Made by a program: the position numbers and the translations under genes. Below, piece after piece: positions 9,734-21,165 of a stretch of 64,000 nucleotides of DNA (positions are counted from its first letter, which is position 1; each line of letters begins with the position of its first letter). Origin of the DNA: Candidatus Bruticola sp. (lineage in GTDB: Bacteria; Vulcanimicrobiota; Xenobia; Xenobiales; Xenobiaceae); NCBI GenBank assembly GCA_051874735.1, contig JBJEGD010000013.1:32001-96000 (forward strand), given 5' to 3'. Below the pieces are notes generated by a model that saw only the letters and a program-made list of their open reading frames with translations, was not told where the DNA came from and did no database searches.

Positions 9734-9966
9734 TTCTTTTGCTTCAGCCTCCCATTAGAAGACGGCAAGATTATATCATAAAGAAAAAGAGGAGGAAAAC
9801 TTTTTATATATTAGAATTGTGAAGAGTTTTTTTGCACGTATTGGGGGCTATTTTTTAGAAAATTATACTAGGCCTGGCGCCTTTTAAATATTTAGATCTC
9901 AGCACAAGATCTTTATTATTTTTAAAAGTCGAGGCAAAATGTCGCAATGGTAAGAGGGATGATATC

Positions 9967-11244
9967 GTGAACCAGACAAAAGTTCTCATAAACCTGGTCC
10001 TTATCTTTTTGATTACGGCAGCAATTCTATACGGCTTCTTCGGTGTCTCAGAAGAAAATCGTTTGAAGCTTAAGTTAGGTCTCGATCTCAGAAGCGGTAC
10101 GCATATTGCTTTGCAGCTTAAAGAGGTTGAAGATCCCGTTACTCATGAAGTTCAAAAAATCGATCAGGCAACCTTAAATCGCAGTATTCAAGTTTTTACT
10201 AAGCGCTTGAACGCGATTGGCACTTCTGAAATTTTGATCGCCCCGGCCGGCAAAGATCGTATTATCATTGAAATTCCTGAAATGACCGATCTGGAAAAAG
10301 CAAAAAATATGGTTAAAAAAGCTGGCCGCTTGGAATTTAAAGAAAAAGTTTTTGACCCTACTACTCAGTCCGCTCAGTATAGAACCGTTATGGACGGTCG
10401 TTATCTTACTAAAGCCAGCGTAGGGCGTTCTGGTGTGGGTGATGATGCTTGGTGTGTAGAATTCCAACTCAACAGAGAAGGCAGTCGTCTTTTCGGAGAT
10501 ATTACGAGCCGTATGAAGGGTAAACCGTTAGGTATTTTCTTCGATGGTGTTATGCACAGCGAGCCTGTAGTTCAAAATGCTATTACTGGAGGAAGCGGTC
10601 AGATTACCGGCAGCTTTACTCTAGAAGAAGCTAATGAACTTTGCAATATCCTCAATTCTGGTGCTTTGACCGTTGATGTACAAATTTTAGAGGCTTACAC
10701 TGTCAGTCCTACTTTGGGCGAGCAGTCTTTAAAGAGCTCTTTGACGGCTGGTTTAATCGGTTTAGCTGCAGTTATGCTCTATATGATAGGTTACTATCGT
10801 TTACCCGGTTTAGTGGCTTCCGTAGCTCTAGTCATTTATGCAGTTTGGGTCGTCGGTTCCATGGTCATTCCAGGTTTGGAATTTGTGCTTACCTTGCCCG
10901 GTATTGCTGGTGTTGTTTTATCTATTGGTATGGCTGTAGACGCCAACGTTCTGCAGTTTGAGCGAATTAAAGAAGAACTGTGGAACGGACGCTCGGTCAG
11001 ATCGTCCTTAGATGCGGGCTTTGAGCGCGCTTTCTCCTCAATTATTGACGGTCACGTTAGCACTTTCTTGGGAGCCCTGATTCTGTTCTGGTTCGGTGCT
11101 TCTAGTGTTAAGGGGTTTGGCGTTACGTTGATGATTGGTACCGCCTTGAGTTTAATTACTGCTATTTGGGTAACCCGTCAGTTACTCCATTTCGCTACTG
11201 ATTTCCTCAAGATCGATTCTAACAGAAAATTGTATGGTGAATAA
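9967..11244 (+). CDS. secD: Protein translocase subunit SecD
   Basis: LGLDLRSG, PTLG, GMAVDANV motifs. Confidence 0.96.
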   Translation: MNQTKVLINLVLIFLITAAILYGFFGVSEENRLKLKLGLDLRSGTHIALQLKEVEDPVTHEVQKIDQATLNRSIQVFTKRLNAIGTSEILIAPAGKDRIIIEIPEMTDLEKAKNMVKKAGRLEFKEKVFDPTTQSAQYRTVMDGRYLTKASVGRSGVGDDAWCVEFQLNREGSRLFGDITSRMKGKPLGIFFDGVMHSEPVVQNAITGGSGQITGSFTLEEANELCNILNSGALTVDVQILEAYTVSPTLGEQSLKSSLTAGLIGLAAVMLYMIGYYRLPGLVASVALVIYAVWVVGSMVIPGLEFVLTLPGIAGVVLSIGMAVDANVLQFERIKEELWNGRSVRSSLDAGFERAFSSIIDGHVSTFLGALILFWFGASSVKGFGVTLMIGTALSLITAIWVTRQLLHFATDFLKIDSNRKLYGE

Positions 11245-11256
11245 GGAGATAGAACA

Positions 11257-12507
11257 GTGGGTGCATTAAACGTAACTACATCAGATGTAATTTCCTTAGC
11301 CATATGGTGTGCAATTTTAGTTATCACGATCATTTGGGGACAGAGCTTCAGAAGGCATACCCGCAATATTATCGGCCATCGCAAATATTATTACATCACC
11401 AGTGTTGTAGTGCTGGTATTCTGTTTTGTCGGTATTTTCGGTAAAAAACTGAATTTTGGCCTAGACTTTACTGGCGGTACTATTCTCGAATTAGGCGCTC
11501 CCAAAATTGTGGAAATGGCGCCTGACAAAATTGCTGATATAGTAAAAGCCCAGCATCCTGGTTACGATGTCACCGTTCAAGTAGGCAATGGTTTAACTAC
11601 ATCCGGCGATGGAAAGAGCTATCAGAAAATTCTGGTGCGCGTGCGCAGTGATGCTAGTACTGAGGAGATGGGACTTTCCTCCGAGCAGGCGGTTGAAGTG
11701 CGTGCTGAGCTGGAAAAAGGTATCAATGTCGGCCCTCTGGAGAATATATCCGAAACTACTATCGGTCCTACTATCTCTTCTGAGCTGAAAAGCGGCGCTT
11801 TTAAGGCCCTTTTTATCGCCTGCCTTCTGCAGCTTATTTATATTACTTTCCGCTTCGGCAATCAGCTGCGTTTCGGTTTTTCTGCGGTAGTAGCCGTAAT
11901 CCATGACGCTATAGTTATGGTCGGTTTTTATGCCTGGGCTGGTTTGCCAGTGGACTCCAGTTTTGTGGCTGCTTTGCTGACAATTACCAGTTATTCTCTC
12001 ATGGATACGGTTGTGGTCTTCGACCGTATTCGCGAACATCAGCATAACGAAGTAAATTCCAGCTTTGAAGAGCTTACCAACCGTTCTGTTTGTGAAACGA
12101 TGGTTCGTTCCATCAATACCTCTTTAACGACAATTGTAGTCTGCATCTGCCTCTATTTTATGGGTGGTGAGAGCTTGAAGGGGTTCGCTTATGCTCTGTT
12201 GGTCGGTGTTATCACAGGTGCTTACTCTTCTATTTTCCTGTCCGCTCCTCTGATTGTAGACTGCAACGATTATGCTAACAAGCGTGATTTACTGCGTCAG
12301 GATGAGCTTCGCAAGGAAGCAGAAGAAAAAGCTAAGAGTCAGAGTAATGTGAAAAGTTCCGGCCGCCGTCCTGTGGCCAGACCCCGTCCCGTTGCTCCTG
12401 CTCCTGCCGCTGAAAGTGAGGGCAGCGTTCCTGATACACCTGCTGGCCCAGTTACCTACGCTTCGGCTCGGCCGCGCCGCCGCGTCAAGGGTATGAGAAA
12501 AAAATAA
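11257..12507 (+). CDS. secF: Protein translocase subunit SecF
   Basis: GLDFTGG, IGPTIS, DTVVVFDRIRE motifs; long basic disordered C-terminal tail. Confidence 0.96.
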   Translation: MGALNVTTSDVISLAIWCAILVITIIWGQSFRRHTRNIIGHRKYYYITSVVVLVFCFVGIFGKKLNFGLDFTGGTILELGAPKIVEMAPDKIADIVKAQHPGYDVTVQVGNGLTTSGDGKSYQKILVRVRSDASTEEMGLSSEQAVEVRAELEKGINVGPLENISETTIGPTISSELKSGAFKALFIACLLQLIYITFRFGNQLRFGFSAVVAVIHDAIVMVGFYAWAGLPVDSSFVAALLTITSYSLMDTVVVFDRIREHQHNEVNSSFEELTNRSVCETMVRSINTSLTTIVVCICLYFMGGESLKGFAYALLVGVITGAYSSIFLSAPLIVDCNDYANKRDLLRQDELRKEAEEKAKSQSNVKSSGRRPVARPRPVAPAPAAESEGSVPDTPAGPVTYASARPRRRVKGMRKK

Positions 12508-12549
12508 ACTTAAAACGAAACTCTCTGCAGACGTTTTAAGAGAATGCTG

Positions 12550-12604
12550 ATAACTCTGCTTTTAAGTAGCATTTGTTGCTGGCTTGAAAGTAGAGTTATT
12601 TTTT
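12550..12604 (+). terminator. Intrinsic terminator after secF
   Basis: ATAACTCTGCTTTTAAG...CTTGAAAGTAGAGTTAT followed by T run. Confidence 0.65.
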
Positions 12605-12747
12605 GGGGAAATTATTTCCATATATTATATAGTTTATCTGCTGTTTCTTTCGAGAGGATTGCGAGTCTACATGATTCTGTGGCAGGAATAAGAACACAGA
12701 TGCATAAATTAGGAAACCCCGCTAGGTGGGTGAGAAAGGCGGCTTGT

Positions 12748-13074
12748 GTGTCGGAGTCTATGTTAACTAATGAAGGGGTGGAAATTTTCACCTGGGAACA
12801 CTGCCCCTATTGTCAGCGTGCTAAACATATCTTAGAAGGTGATCCTAACGAAGGGGCTCTTAACGAGGGGGAGTACATAGAATACAAAGAATACAAAATT
12901 GATGGTTCTGCGGAAAAGCGGGCTTATATGGCCCAGTGCTGCGAGGGGAATATGACGGTCCCTCAAATATTTGTTGATGGTAATTATATAGGCGGATGCT
13001 TCAATTTAGTAGCTTTGATTCTAAATAACGAGTTTAGGCAAGTTTTTGCTAAGTATATCAAAAATAGAAATTAA
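12748..13074 (+). CDS. Glutaredoxin (GrxC-like)
   Basis: CPYC, TVPQIF, IGG motifs; start trimmed from the 12544 ORF to GTG 12748 (ATG 12760 also possible). Confidence 0.88.
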   Translation: MSESMLTNEGVEIFTWEHCPYCQRAKHILEGDPNEGALNEGEYIEYKEYKIDGSAEKRAYMAQCCEGNMTVPQIFVDGNYIGGCFNLVALILNNEFRQVFAKYIKNRN

Positions 13075-13106
13075 GGTTTAAGAGGTAAAACTCTTGAACC
13101 TTTTTT
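13073..13106 (+). terminator. Intrinsic terminator
   Basis: AAGGTTTAAGAG...CTCTTGAACCTT plus T run. Confidence 0.65.
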
Positions 13107-13160
13107 GTGCTGTCCAGCGTTTTTCTCTGTTGATCCGGCAGCATAAGGAGGTTGCTTACA

Positions 13161-13793
13161 GTGTCTGTTAATATCTTAGAACACCCTCTTATTCAGCACA
13201 AAATCACTTTGCTGAGAGATCGGCGCACCGGTTCTAAAGATTTTCGCGATTTAGTTTCGGAAATTGCCGCCTTGATGGCTTATGAGGCCTGTCGTGATCT
13301 TCATGTTGAGGATATTAAGGTAGAGACTCCTATCACTTCCACTATAGGTAAAACTTTAGGCGGTAAAAAACTAGCTTTAGTCCCTATTTTAAGAGCCGGA
13401 TTAGGAATGGTATCTGGTATAGAGAGGCTTATTCCTGCAGCCAGAATCGGCCATATAGGTATGTATCGCAATGAAAAAACGCTGGAACCTATAGAATATT
13501 TCTGTAAAATGCCGGCCGATTTATCGGAACGCGAAATTTTGCTTTTAGATCCTATGTTAGCCACTGGAGGATCAGCTATTGCGGCTATAGGGGCTTTGCT
13601 CAAACGCGGAGCTAATATTAAATCGATAAAATTTCTATGTTTAGTGGCTGCTCCTGAAGGTATTAAAAATTTAACAGAAGCTTATCCTCAGCTTTGTATC
13701 TATACGGCTGCTGTAGATCAGCATCTCAATGAGAATGGATATATAGTCCCTGGTTTAGGTGATGCTGGGGATCGTATCTTCGGAACAATATAA
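13161..13793 (+). CDS. upp: Uracil phosphoribosyltransferase
   Basis: [31 protein letters not shown]; GTG 13161 fits the AAGGAGG RBS. Confidence 0.97.
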   Translation: MSVNILEHPLIQHKITLLRDRRTGSKDFRDLVSEIAALMAYEACRDLHVEDIKVETPITSTIGKTLGGKKLALVPILRAGLGMVSGIERLIPAARIGHIGMYRNEKTLEPIEYFCKMPADLSEREILLLDPMLATGGSAIAAIGALLKRGANIKSIKFLCLVAAPEGIKNLTEAYPQLCIYTAAVDQHLNENGYIVPGLGDAGDRIFGTI

Positions 13794-13901
13794 TACGTAT
13801 TTCAATTTTATATTCTCCCTAATTTTTATCAGCGGAGGGAGCATAGCTACTGTAATGCTGTGTCCCTCCTTTTTTGTTTTTTTTATGAAAGGAATTAATT
13901 A

Positions 13902-14429
13902 ATGGCTAAGTTCGCCGAAGTAGTCGGGGCTTTGCGCCTAGCTGTAATTGTACTGCTAGTTTGGGCTGTCTCTATACCCGCTTTTGCTTGGAAAAGTTCA
14001 AGATTGGGCGTCGCATTTGTACCGCCTGCTAGTTGGAAGCAAGTTAGCCAAGCTGAAAATTCGGTCACTTTTATTGCCCCTGAAGAGGAAGGATACCGCT
14101 GTGTAATTTATATGAAGGTGGCTGAATTGGATGAGGCGGAAACTGAAGGGCGTCTTTCTGATGAGCTGTCTGAAAAGTACATGGCCCATTTGCAGCAGCG
14201 TTTTACCCATTTTAAACGTATAGGTGAAGCTGACGTCCAGATTAATGGTCACTGGATGCACCGATTAACTTTTAGAGCTCAGGAAGGCGATCACCATATG
14301 CAGATGACTAGCGTTCTATGCCTTAAAGGACGCCGCGCTTACAGTTTCGCTTATGTGAGTAAACCTGTCAATTATAGCAAGTATATAAAAGCTTTTGATA
14401 AAATGCTAAAGACGGTTCGCTTTATTTAA
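13902..14429 (+). CDS. Secreted PsbP/DcrB-like fold protein
   Basis: Signal peptide; FxPPxxW start and F..ML.TVRF end typical of PsbP/Mog1p-like proteins. Confidence 0.6.
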   Translation: MAKFAEVVGALRLAVIVLLVWAVSIPAFAWKSSRLGVAFVPPASWKQVSQAENSVTFIAPEEEGYRCVIYMKVAELDEAETEGRLSDELSEKYMAHLQQRFTHFKRIGEADVQINGHWMHRLTFRAQEGDHHMQMTSVLCLKGRRAYSFAYVSKPVNYSKYIKAFDKMLKTVRFI

Positions 14430-14636
14430 AATTTTGAGGGGCGGCTCAGATGCTGTTGATAGTTAGTTACTTTAAACTGATTAATTCTGGAATATTTTAG
14501 CTTAAAAATTTTATATAAGCGGATATTTTTATTTAAGTTAGTAAATTTTTAGGGGAAATAGGATATTGATGGCAAAGAATCTACCAATTTAGTTATAAAG
14601 AACTACGATAGCTGCCTGCTTTGAGGAGAAACTTTT

Positions 14637-15152
14637 ATGTATAAAATGCTGCAAACGCGCCTAACAGCTTGTTTTATTGTCTGCTTATTTTTGTTTTTAA
14701 GCAACAGAGTTTGGGCGTTAGATATTCCTGACTCTAATATTTCATTTACTCCGCCTTCAGGATGGAGCTCTGAAGTTAGAGTTATGAGCAATTCAACTGC
14801 TTTATTGCTTAGAGCCGCCGATGGCAGCAACACCGGTATGGAAGTCAGCGCGAAATACGTGGGAAAAAATTTTGATGAGGCCTCGCTTGATTTGGCGGCT
14901 AATCAAACTTTAGAGCTTATTAAAACTGCAACTTCTGGAGCTCAAGTAGTTAGCCGGTCTTCTGAGCCTATAAACGGTTTTAAAGCCCGCCGCTATACTT
15001 TAAAAATGGGCAATCTCCAAATGAGTCAGGCAATGATTTGGATGAACGATTCTATTGTGATATTTAATTATCACGCCAACAGTTTAGCTGATTTTAATAA
15101 GCATGTTGGCAGCTTCAATTTTGCCGTACAGAGTGTAAAGCGCAAAAATTAG
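14637..15152 (+). CDS. Secreted PsbP/DcrB-like fold protein
   Basis: Signal peptide; SFTPPSGW, INGFKA, F..AVQSVK. Confidence 0.55.
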   Translation: MYKMLQTRLTACFIVCLFLFLSNRVWALDIPDSNISFTPPSGWSSEVRVMSNSTALLLRAADGSNTGMEVSAKYVGKNFDEASLDLAANQTLELIKTATSGAQVVSRSSEPINGFKARRYTLKMGNLQMSQAMIWMNDSIVIFNYHANSLADFNKHVGSFNFAVQSVKRKN

Positions 15153-15189
15153 CTGTTTTTTGCCTGTTGAGTTTATTGGGGAAAAGGAG

Positions 15190-15217
15190 AGAGCGCCTCT
15201 TGTGAGGCGCTTTTTTT
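15190..15217 (+). terminator. Intrinsic terminator
   Basis: GCGCCTC-TTGT-GAGGCGC plus T7. Confidence 0.8.
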
Positions 15218-15332
15218 AGTAGGTAAAATATCAAACTATAATACTTTTATAATGCGGTGCTTATCTTAAAATAACGCTCACTTTATATACTGATAGATGA
15301 GAAAAGAAGATTTGAAAGGAGCACTGCGTACT

Positions 15333-17933
15333 ATGCGTACAGATCGTTTTACTTTAAAGACTCAAGAAGCTATTCGCGCTGCTGCCTCCATAGCTCAGGA
15401 GAATGGGCAGCAAGCCCTGGAAACTCCTCATGTTTTATTGGCTATGCTTAAACAGCAAGATGACGGCTTAGCTGTGCCTATCTTGCGCAAGCTTGATATT
15501 AGGCCAGAGCAGGCCGAAAAATACGTGATGGCTGCTATAGCCAAAATACCTAAAGTGCAAGGAGCGGGCAGCGATTTCTATACGGGCAGATCGGTAGTTG
15601 CCATGATCGATCAAGCTTGGAAAGAAGCTGAGCGTTTAAAAGATGAGTATTTGTCCGTAGAACATTTGATGTTGGCCATGGTTGGCCTGCCTGAAGATCC
15701 TGCTGGAGCTGTGCTTCGTGAATTAGGAGTTTCTTCCGATCGTCTGTTGCGTGTTTTGGTCGAAGTGCGTGGTTCTCAGCGAGTTACTGATGAAAATCCG
15801 GAAGCTAAATACCAGGCTTTATCGCGTTATGGGCGCGATTTAACAGAATTGGCCAGGCGCGGTAAACTGGATCCGGTGATCGGACGAGATGAAGAAATTC
15901 GCCGCTGTATCCAGGTACTCTCTCGACGCACTAAGAACAATCCTGTGCTTATTGGTGAACCTGGTGTTGGTAAGACGGCCATCGTAGAGGGGTTGGCGAG
16001 GCGTATTGCCGCTGGTGATGTACCAGAAAGTTTGAAAGGACGCCGTATTTTTGCTCTCGATTTAGGATCGTTAATTGCCGGCGCTAAATATAGGGGCGAA
16101 TTTGAAGATAGGTTCAAAGCGGTTTTAAAAGAGATAACTTCTTCTAACGGTCAGATTATTCTCTTTATTGATGAACTTCACACCTTGGTAGGAGCTGGAG
16201 CTGCTGAAGGGGCGGTCGATGCCGCTAACATGATTAAGCCGGCTTTAGCTAGAGGTGAGTTGCGGACCGTAGGAGCGACCACTTTAGATGAATATCGCAA
16301 GTATATAGAGAAGGATGCCGCTTTAGAGCGTCGTTTTCAGCCGGTCTATGTGGGTGAGCCGTCCGTAGAAGATTCCATAGCTATTTTGCGCGGTTTGAAG
16401 GAAAAGTATGAAGTTCACCACGGTGTGCGTATTACCGATTCCGCCATAGTTGCAGCTGTCACTCTTTCTAAACGCTATATAACTGATCGTTTCTTGCCAG
16501 ATAAGGCCGTTGACCTTGTCGATGAAGCTGCGTCTAAATTGCGCATTGAAATAGACTCTATGCCTATGGAAATAGACGAAGTTGACAGACGCATTACCCA
16601 GTTAGAAATTGAACGTCAGGCGCTGTCTAAAGAAAAGGACACTGCTTCTCAGGAACGTTTGGAAAAGCTGGAAGCTGAACTGGCTGAAAATAAAGAAAAA
16701 TCGTCTCATATGAAAGCTCGCTGGAGCATGGAAAAGGAGCAAATTGAGATGATTAGTAGTTTGCAGGGCAAATTAGAGCAAGCTACTAATGACTCCGAGT
16801 TGGCTGAGCGGAGAGGCGATTTAGCTAAGGCAGCTGAACTTCGTTACGGTACCGCTGCTTCTCTGCAGAAGCAGATAGCTGAAGCTTATAAAAAGCTGCA
16901 AGAGCTGCAAAAAAATGGCAAGTACCTTAAACAGCAGGTTGAGGAAGAGGATATCGCCGCTATTGTAGCTCGGTGGACTGGTATTCCAGTGACCCGTTTA
17001 ATGGAAGGCGAAATTCAGAAGTTAGTTCACATGGAGAGCCGTTTGCATGAGCGGGTAGTCGGCCAAAACGAAGCTGTAGAAGCTGTTTCTAAAGCTGTGC
17101 GTCGTTCTAGAGCTGGAGTAGCCGATCCTAACAGACCTGTAGGCGTCTTCCTCTTCTTAGGACCGACTGGTGTTGGTAAAACCGAGTTGGCTCGTGCGTT
17201 AGCTGATTTCCTCTTTGATGATGAAAAGGCTATGGTGCGTTTGGATATGTCTGAATATCAGGAGAAACATACGGTGGCTAGAATGATCGGAGCTCCTCCT
17301 GGATATGTAGGCTACGACGAAGGCGGTCAGTTGACTGAAGCTGTGCGCAGACGCCCTTACTCGGTAGTGCTGTTTGATGAAATTGAAAAGGCCCATCCCG
17401 ATGTTTTCAACATCCTTCTCCAAGTTATGGACGACGGACGTTTAACTGACGGTCAGGGGCGCACCGTCGATTTCCGCAACACCATTATGGTTATGACTTC
17501 CAATGTCGGTTCTCAGTGGCTGCTCGATGAAAAACTTGACAGCAGTGAGATAGACAAACGTATCGATGAAGCTCTGGCAAGTAAGTTTAAACCTGAGTTC
17601 CTTAACCGTATTGATGAAATTATTCACTTCCATCGTCTCGATCGCTCAGCTTTGAAGGCTATTGTGGATATTCAGCTGGCCAATGTTGGCAAGCGTTTAG
17701 CTGAACGCCATATTGTCCTTGATGTTGATGAAGAGGCTAAAGAGTTCTTGAGCAAGGTCGGTTGTGATGAAGCTTTCGGTGCTCGTCCTTTGAAGCGAGC
17801 TGTACAGCGCTTTTTACTCGATCCTCTTTCTTTGGAAATTTTGGAAGGCAAGATTAAATCTGATGAAAAGGTTAAAGTTGAAGTTGATAAGGATTCAAGT
17901 AGCCTCCGCTTCATTCCGGAAGCCATTAGCTAA
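15333..17933 (+). CDS. clpB: ATP-dependent chaperone ClpB
   Basis: Two AAA+ modules ([16 protein letters not shown]), long coiled-coil M domain; ATG 15333 preferred over 15297. Confidence 0.96.
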   Translation: MRTDRFTLKTQEAIRAAASIAQENGQQALETPHVLLAMLKQQDDGLAVPILRKLDIRPEQAEKYVMAAIAKIPKVQGAGSDFYTGRSVVAMIDQAWKEAERLKDEYLSVEHLMLAMVGLPEDPAGAVLRELGVSSDRLLRVLVEVRGSQRVTDENPEAKYQALSRYGRDLTELARRGKLDPVIGRDEEIRRCIQVLSRRTKNNPVLIGEPGVGKTAIVEGLARRIAAGDVPESLKGRRIFALDLGSLIAGAKYRGEFEDRFKAVLKEITSSNGQIILFIDELHTLVGAGAAEGAVDAANMIKPALARGELRTVGATTLDEYRKYIEKDAALERRFQPVYVGEPSVEDSIAILRGLKEKYEVHHGVRITDSAIVAAVTLSKRYITDRFLPDKAVDLVDEAASKLRIEIDSMPMEIDEVDRRITQLEIERQALSKEKDTASQERLEKLEAELAENKEKSSHMKARWSMEKEQIEMISSLQGKLEQATNDSELAERRGDLAKAAELRYGTAASLQKQIAEAYKKLQELQKNGKYLKQQVEEEDIAAIVARWTGIPVTRLMEGEIQKLVHMESRLHERVVGQNEAVEAVSKAVRRSRAGVADPNRPVGVFLFLGPTGVGKTELARALADFLFDDEKAMVRLDMSEYQEKHTVARMIGAPPGYVGYDEGGQLTEAVRRRPYSVVLFDEIEKAHPDVFNILLQVMDDGRLTDGQGRTVDFRNTIMVMTSNVGSQWLLDEKLDSSEIDKRIDEALASKFKPEFLNRIDEIIHFHRLDRSALKAIVDIQLANVGKRLAERHIVLDVDEEAKEFLSKVGCDEAFGARPLKRAVQRFLLDPLSLEILEGKIKSDEKVKVEVDKDSSSLRFIPEAIS

Positions 17934-18074
17934 GTCTTCAAATGGGCGATAAAGTAGAGTACTACAATGGTGTAGTGTAGTGAGTTAAAGCTGTTCAGAT
18001 GTGTAGTTTGGACAGCTTGGCTTTTTTATGACCTAGCAAATTATTTAAGCTTAACTTAGTTAGTAGATAAGCTC

Positions 18075-18692
18075 TTATGTTAGTGGGGTGTCTGAATTTG
18101 AGCTCTTCTGAAGCCTGGCTTTCGCTTCACTAATTTTTTGGCAGTAACAGGGATAACAAGTAGGGGAATAATACTCTTCATCGCCTAGAAGAACGGTGGG
18201 ACCATCCAAGATAGCTTCGTCTTTGGAGTTGTGGCGCAGGTTGAAAACCGCTTTGCGATTGCAGTATCGACAGGTTGTTTTAACTTCTTCGATGGAATCA
18301 GCTATTTCCATAAGGCGTTTTGAGCCTTCAAAAAGATGAGTGCGGAAGTCTGTGCGCAGACCGTAGGCTATGACGGGGATGTTGTGAGTGCGGGTCAGTT
18401 CGCGCAGTTGATCGACTACAGCTGCACTTAAAAACTGACATTCATCGACTAAGACACAGGAAAGGCCTGTAAAGTCGTCAGGATTCAATATCGTATCTGG
18501 GCGAACTAATATGTCTGCCTCATGTTCTAGTCCCGCTCGAGAACGGATTAAACTTTCTCCGAAGCGGTTGTCTAAGGCAGGTTTTATGAGGAGTACACGC
18601 TTTCCTTGCTGTACGTAATTGTGACGCACGGCCAGTAAATTTAAAGTTTTTGCGCTTCCCATGGCTCCGTATCGGAAGTACAATTTAGCCAT
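18075..18692 (-). CDS. tdk: Thymidine kinase
   Basis: MAKLYFRYGAMGSAKT, VDECQF, YGLRTDF, Zn-binding cysteines. Confidence 0.95.
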   Translation of the reverse strand: MAKLYFRYGAMGSAKTLNLLAVRHNYVQQGKRVLLIKPALDNRFGESLIRSRAGLEHEADILVRPDTILNPDDFTGLSCVLVDECQFLSAAVVDQLRELTRTHNIPVIAYGLRTDFRTHLFEGSKRLMEIADSIEEVKTTCRYCNRKAVFNLRHNSKDEAILDGPTVLLGDEEYYSPTCYPCYCQKISEAKARLQKSSNSDTPLT

Positions 18693-18950
18693 AATAATTT
18701 GCTGCTCCGCAGCGGACTCAAATTTTTCCGCTGCAACTCTCATTTTTTTAACTTACTAATGATCTTTGCTTTCTTGTTGAGTTTTCTATAACCCTTCGTA
18801 ACTATTTAATAACTGTATAACCTGATTAAGTTTTGGGGCCGTCTTAAAGAGCATATTTCACAGAAAAAGCCCATAAATACGGGGGAAAATTTACAGAAAT
18901 TAAGAAAAAAACAGCGTCCGTTTTTTTAAATTTTTGGGACATTTACGAAG

Positions 18951-19463
18951 ATGGGACGATATTTCTTTTCGTTTAATGGGAGCACTTGGGGCAGTATGAA
19001 TTTAATATGTATAAGAACGTCGAAATTCGGCTTTACTTTAATTGAACTAATGATCGTGATAGCTATTTTAGCTGTGTTGATTCTTATTATGCTTCCCAAC
19101 ATGATGAGAAGTCGCGACGCCGCCAAATTGAGCAGCTGCAAATATAACTTGCGAGGTATCGCTGCAGCCATGGAAAGCTATGCAACTGATAACTCAGGTA
19201 TGTACCCTCAAGACATGAACAAACTAGTGGAAAAGAACAGTAAAGGTGACGCTTATCTTCGTACTATTCCTAAATGCCCTGTGGCTGGTTCGTCAGAGCC
19301 TTATTTTGCTGGTTATGAGGTAATATCTGCTCCCAAAAATGCTTATACTATTTGCTGCCAGGGTAATTATCATAAAATTATGGGCCTAGATGATAACTAT
19401 CCTAAGTATTCTGCAGTAGTTGGATTAATTGAATCTCAAAAATCTATGGAAAATGATAATTAG
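18951..19463 (+). CDS. Type IV pilin / type II secretion pseudopilin-like protein
   Basis: Prepilin motif KFG|FTLIELMIVIAILAVL; CKYNL..IAAAMESYATDNSGMYP; true start probably downstream of 18951. Confidence 0.88.
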   Translation: MGRYFFSFNGSTWGSMNLICIRTSKFGFTLIELMIVIAILAVLILIMLPNMMRSRDAAKLSSCKYNLRGIAAAMESYATDNSGMYPQDMNKLVEKNSKGDAYLRTIPKCPVAGSSEPYFAGYEVISAPKNAYTICCQGNYHKIMGLDDNYPKYSAVVGLIESQKSMENDN

Positions 19464-20019
19464 GAGAAAAAACTTGCCTAATTCTTCTAATCAGGAATCT
19501 CTATCTTGCCAAGGATCTGTTTCTACTCCTATTCTTTCTGCTGTATGTGCAGTAGCCTTAAACAGAGTAATAGGCGATAAGGGGCAGATACCTTGGCGTA
19601 TCCCCGACGACCTAGCCAACTTTAAAAAAATTACCTATGGCAAAGTCGTAGTTATGGGGCGTAAAACTTTCCAGTCTATAGGAAGGCCTCTGCCTAAGCG
19701 GCGCAATGTAGTTTTAAGCAGAGATAAAAATTTTTCAGCCCCTCCTGGAGTACATGTCTGTGCTGATCTTGATGAGGTTCTGAGTTGTTACAGTAAAGAA
19801 AAAGAGATTATCTTTATTGGCGGTGCTGAGATATTTGCGGCTGTTTGGCCTAAACTGCGCCGTCAGTATTTGAGCGTTATACAGGCCGATTTCCCTGGCG
19901 ATGCTTTATACCCCGAATTTAATGTCAATGAATGGAGGGTAGCCGAGCGGGTTATCCACGAAGTTTGTGCCGGTAGCCCTTGTCGCTGGGAGTTCCTGCA
20001 GCTGGAACGCTTGGTATAA
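19453..20019 (+). CDS. folA: Dihydrofolate reductase
   Basis: VIGDKGQIPW, DLANFK, MGRKTF, RPLPKRRNVVLS, IGGAEI; start uncertain. Confidence 0.93.
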   Translation: MIIRRKNLPNSSNQESLSCQGSVSTPILSAVCAVALNRVIGDKGQIPWRIPDDLANFKKITYGKVVVMGRKTFQSIGRPLPKRRNVVLSRDKNFSAPPGVHVCADLDEVLSCYSKEKEIIFIGGAEIFAAVWPKLRRQYLSVIQADFPGDALYPEFNVNEWRVAERVIHEVCAGSPCRWEFLQLERLV

Positions 20020-20147
20020 GAGAGGTTTCCCCCTTTACAATTGCTTTTTATTTACTTATAATACCAGGGCTAATAATAACCCCATTCCTGTTTGCCTGCC
20101 GTGTCAGAGCTGTTATGCTGCTTTTGGTTGGCAAGTGGAGTTTTTCT

Positions 20148-20699
20148 GTGGCTACGAATTTAGACATATCCGATATAGTTGGCAGCTCAGGTGCCTCTAA
20201 AGATGTGCATATGAGTTTAGAGGGCCCGTTCGAGGGTTTAAGTCTGGATGGCCCTGCTAAGCTCGATTTATCTGTTGTCAGCACCGGTAATGGTGAGTTG
20301 TCAGTTCATGGCAGAATCAAAGCCAGAGTATTTCTTGCCTGTTCGCGCTGTGCAGCTGAGTATTCTGAGTCGTTGGATATCGACGTCGATGAGCGTTTTG
20401 TTCCTGAAGGTTCTTTGGAACTGGAACGTGATGAGGAGATTGAGGCTGACGAACTCTGCGTTTTCGGATATGACCAAAATGAGCTCAAGATTGACGAATT
20501 GACGCGAGAAAATATCATCGCCAGTCTTCCTTATCGTCCCTTGTGCAGTCAGGAATGCCGGGGCGTCTGTCCTCAGTGTGGGCAGAATCTTAATGAGAAA
20601 ACCTGCATGTGCGGTTCTTCTGAAGAAGAAATCGACCCGCGCTGGGGGGCTCTTAAGAAATTTTCGTCAGGCTCCCCTAATGAGGGAACCTTAAAGTAA
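20148..20699 (+). CDS. DUF177/YceD family protein
   Basis: CSRC, LCSQECRGVCPQCG.NLN, DPRW.AL; upstream of rpmF; GTG with GGAG RBS. Confidence 0.9.
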   Translation: MATNLDISDIVGSSGASKDVHMSLEGPFEGLSLDGPAKLDLSVVSTGNGELSVHGRIKARVFLACSRCAAEYSESLDIDVDERFVPEGSLELERDEEIEADELCVFGYDQNELKIDELTRENIIASLPYRPLCSQECRGVCPQCGQNLNEKTCMCGSSEEEIDPRWGALKKFSSGSPNEGTLK

Positions 20700-20780
20700 G
20701 CGGCGTTAAGCTTCCGGTACAATCCTGATTAGGTAAGCCGTTAACTGCTGTAGTCATTTAATAAGAGGAGTCAATTCAAA

Positions 20781-20972
20781 ATGGCCAATCCTAAATATAA
20801 AACCCCCCGTTCCAAGACCCGCAAGCGTCGTTCACACCTCGCTCTGGTTATGCCCAATGTGGTATCATGCTCCAATTGCGGCGCCCCCAAACTGCAGCAC
20901 CACATCTGCAAAGCTTGCGGTCAGTATAATGGAAGACAAGTTTTAACTTCCAAAGACAAGAACGAGAACTAA
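20781..20972 (+). CDS. rpmF: 50S ribosomal protein L32 (Zn-binding type)
   Basis: MANPKYK...CSNCG...HHICKACGQY. Confidence 0.95.
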   Translation: MANPKYKTPRSKTRKRRSHLALVMPNVVSCSNCGAPKLQHHICKACGQYNGRQVLTSKDKNEN

Positions 20973-21165
20973 TAGCGAATATATGCTTAAATACGGCACC
21001 GGTATGAGAAGCTGAGTGCTGCTGCTTCTTTTTTTCATCTTGTAAGTTAGAAAAACTGGTGCGGCAGCTTCTGTGTTTGTCTCTATATCTGTGTCGTTTT
21101 TTTATGTGTGGGGGAATATAGTTGCTGATTAGTTGTTCAGCAGCTTATAAAATGAGGTTTTACTT

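Noticed and set aside
15220-15332. CIRCE or CtsR operators upstream of clpB (and clpC)
   Set aside because: No TTAGCACTC-N9-GAGTGCTAA or CtsR heptad repeat found by eye.
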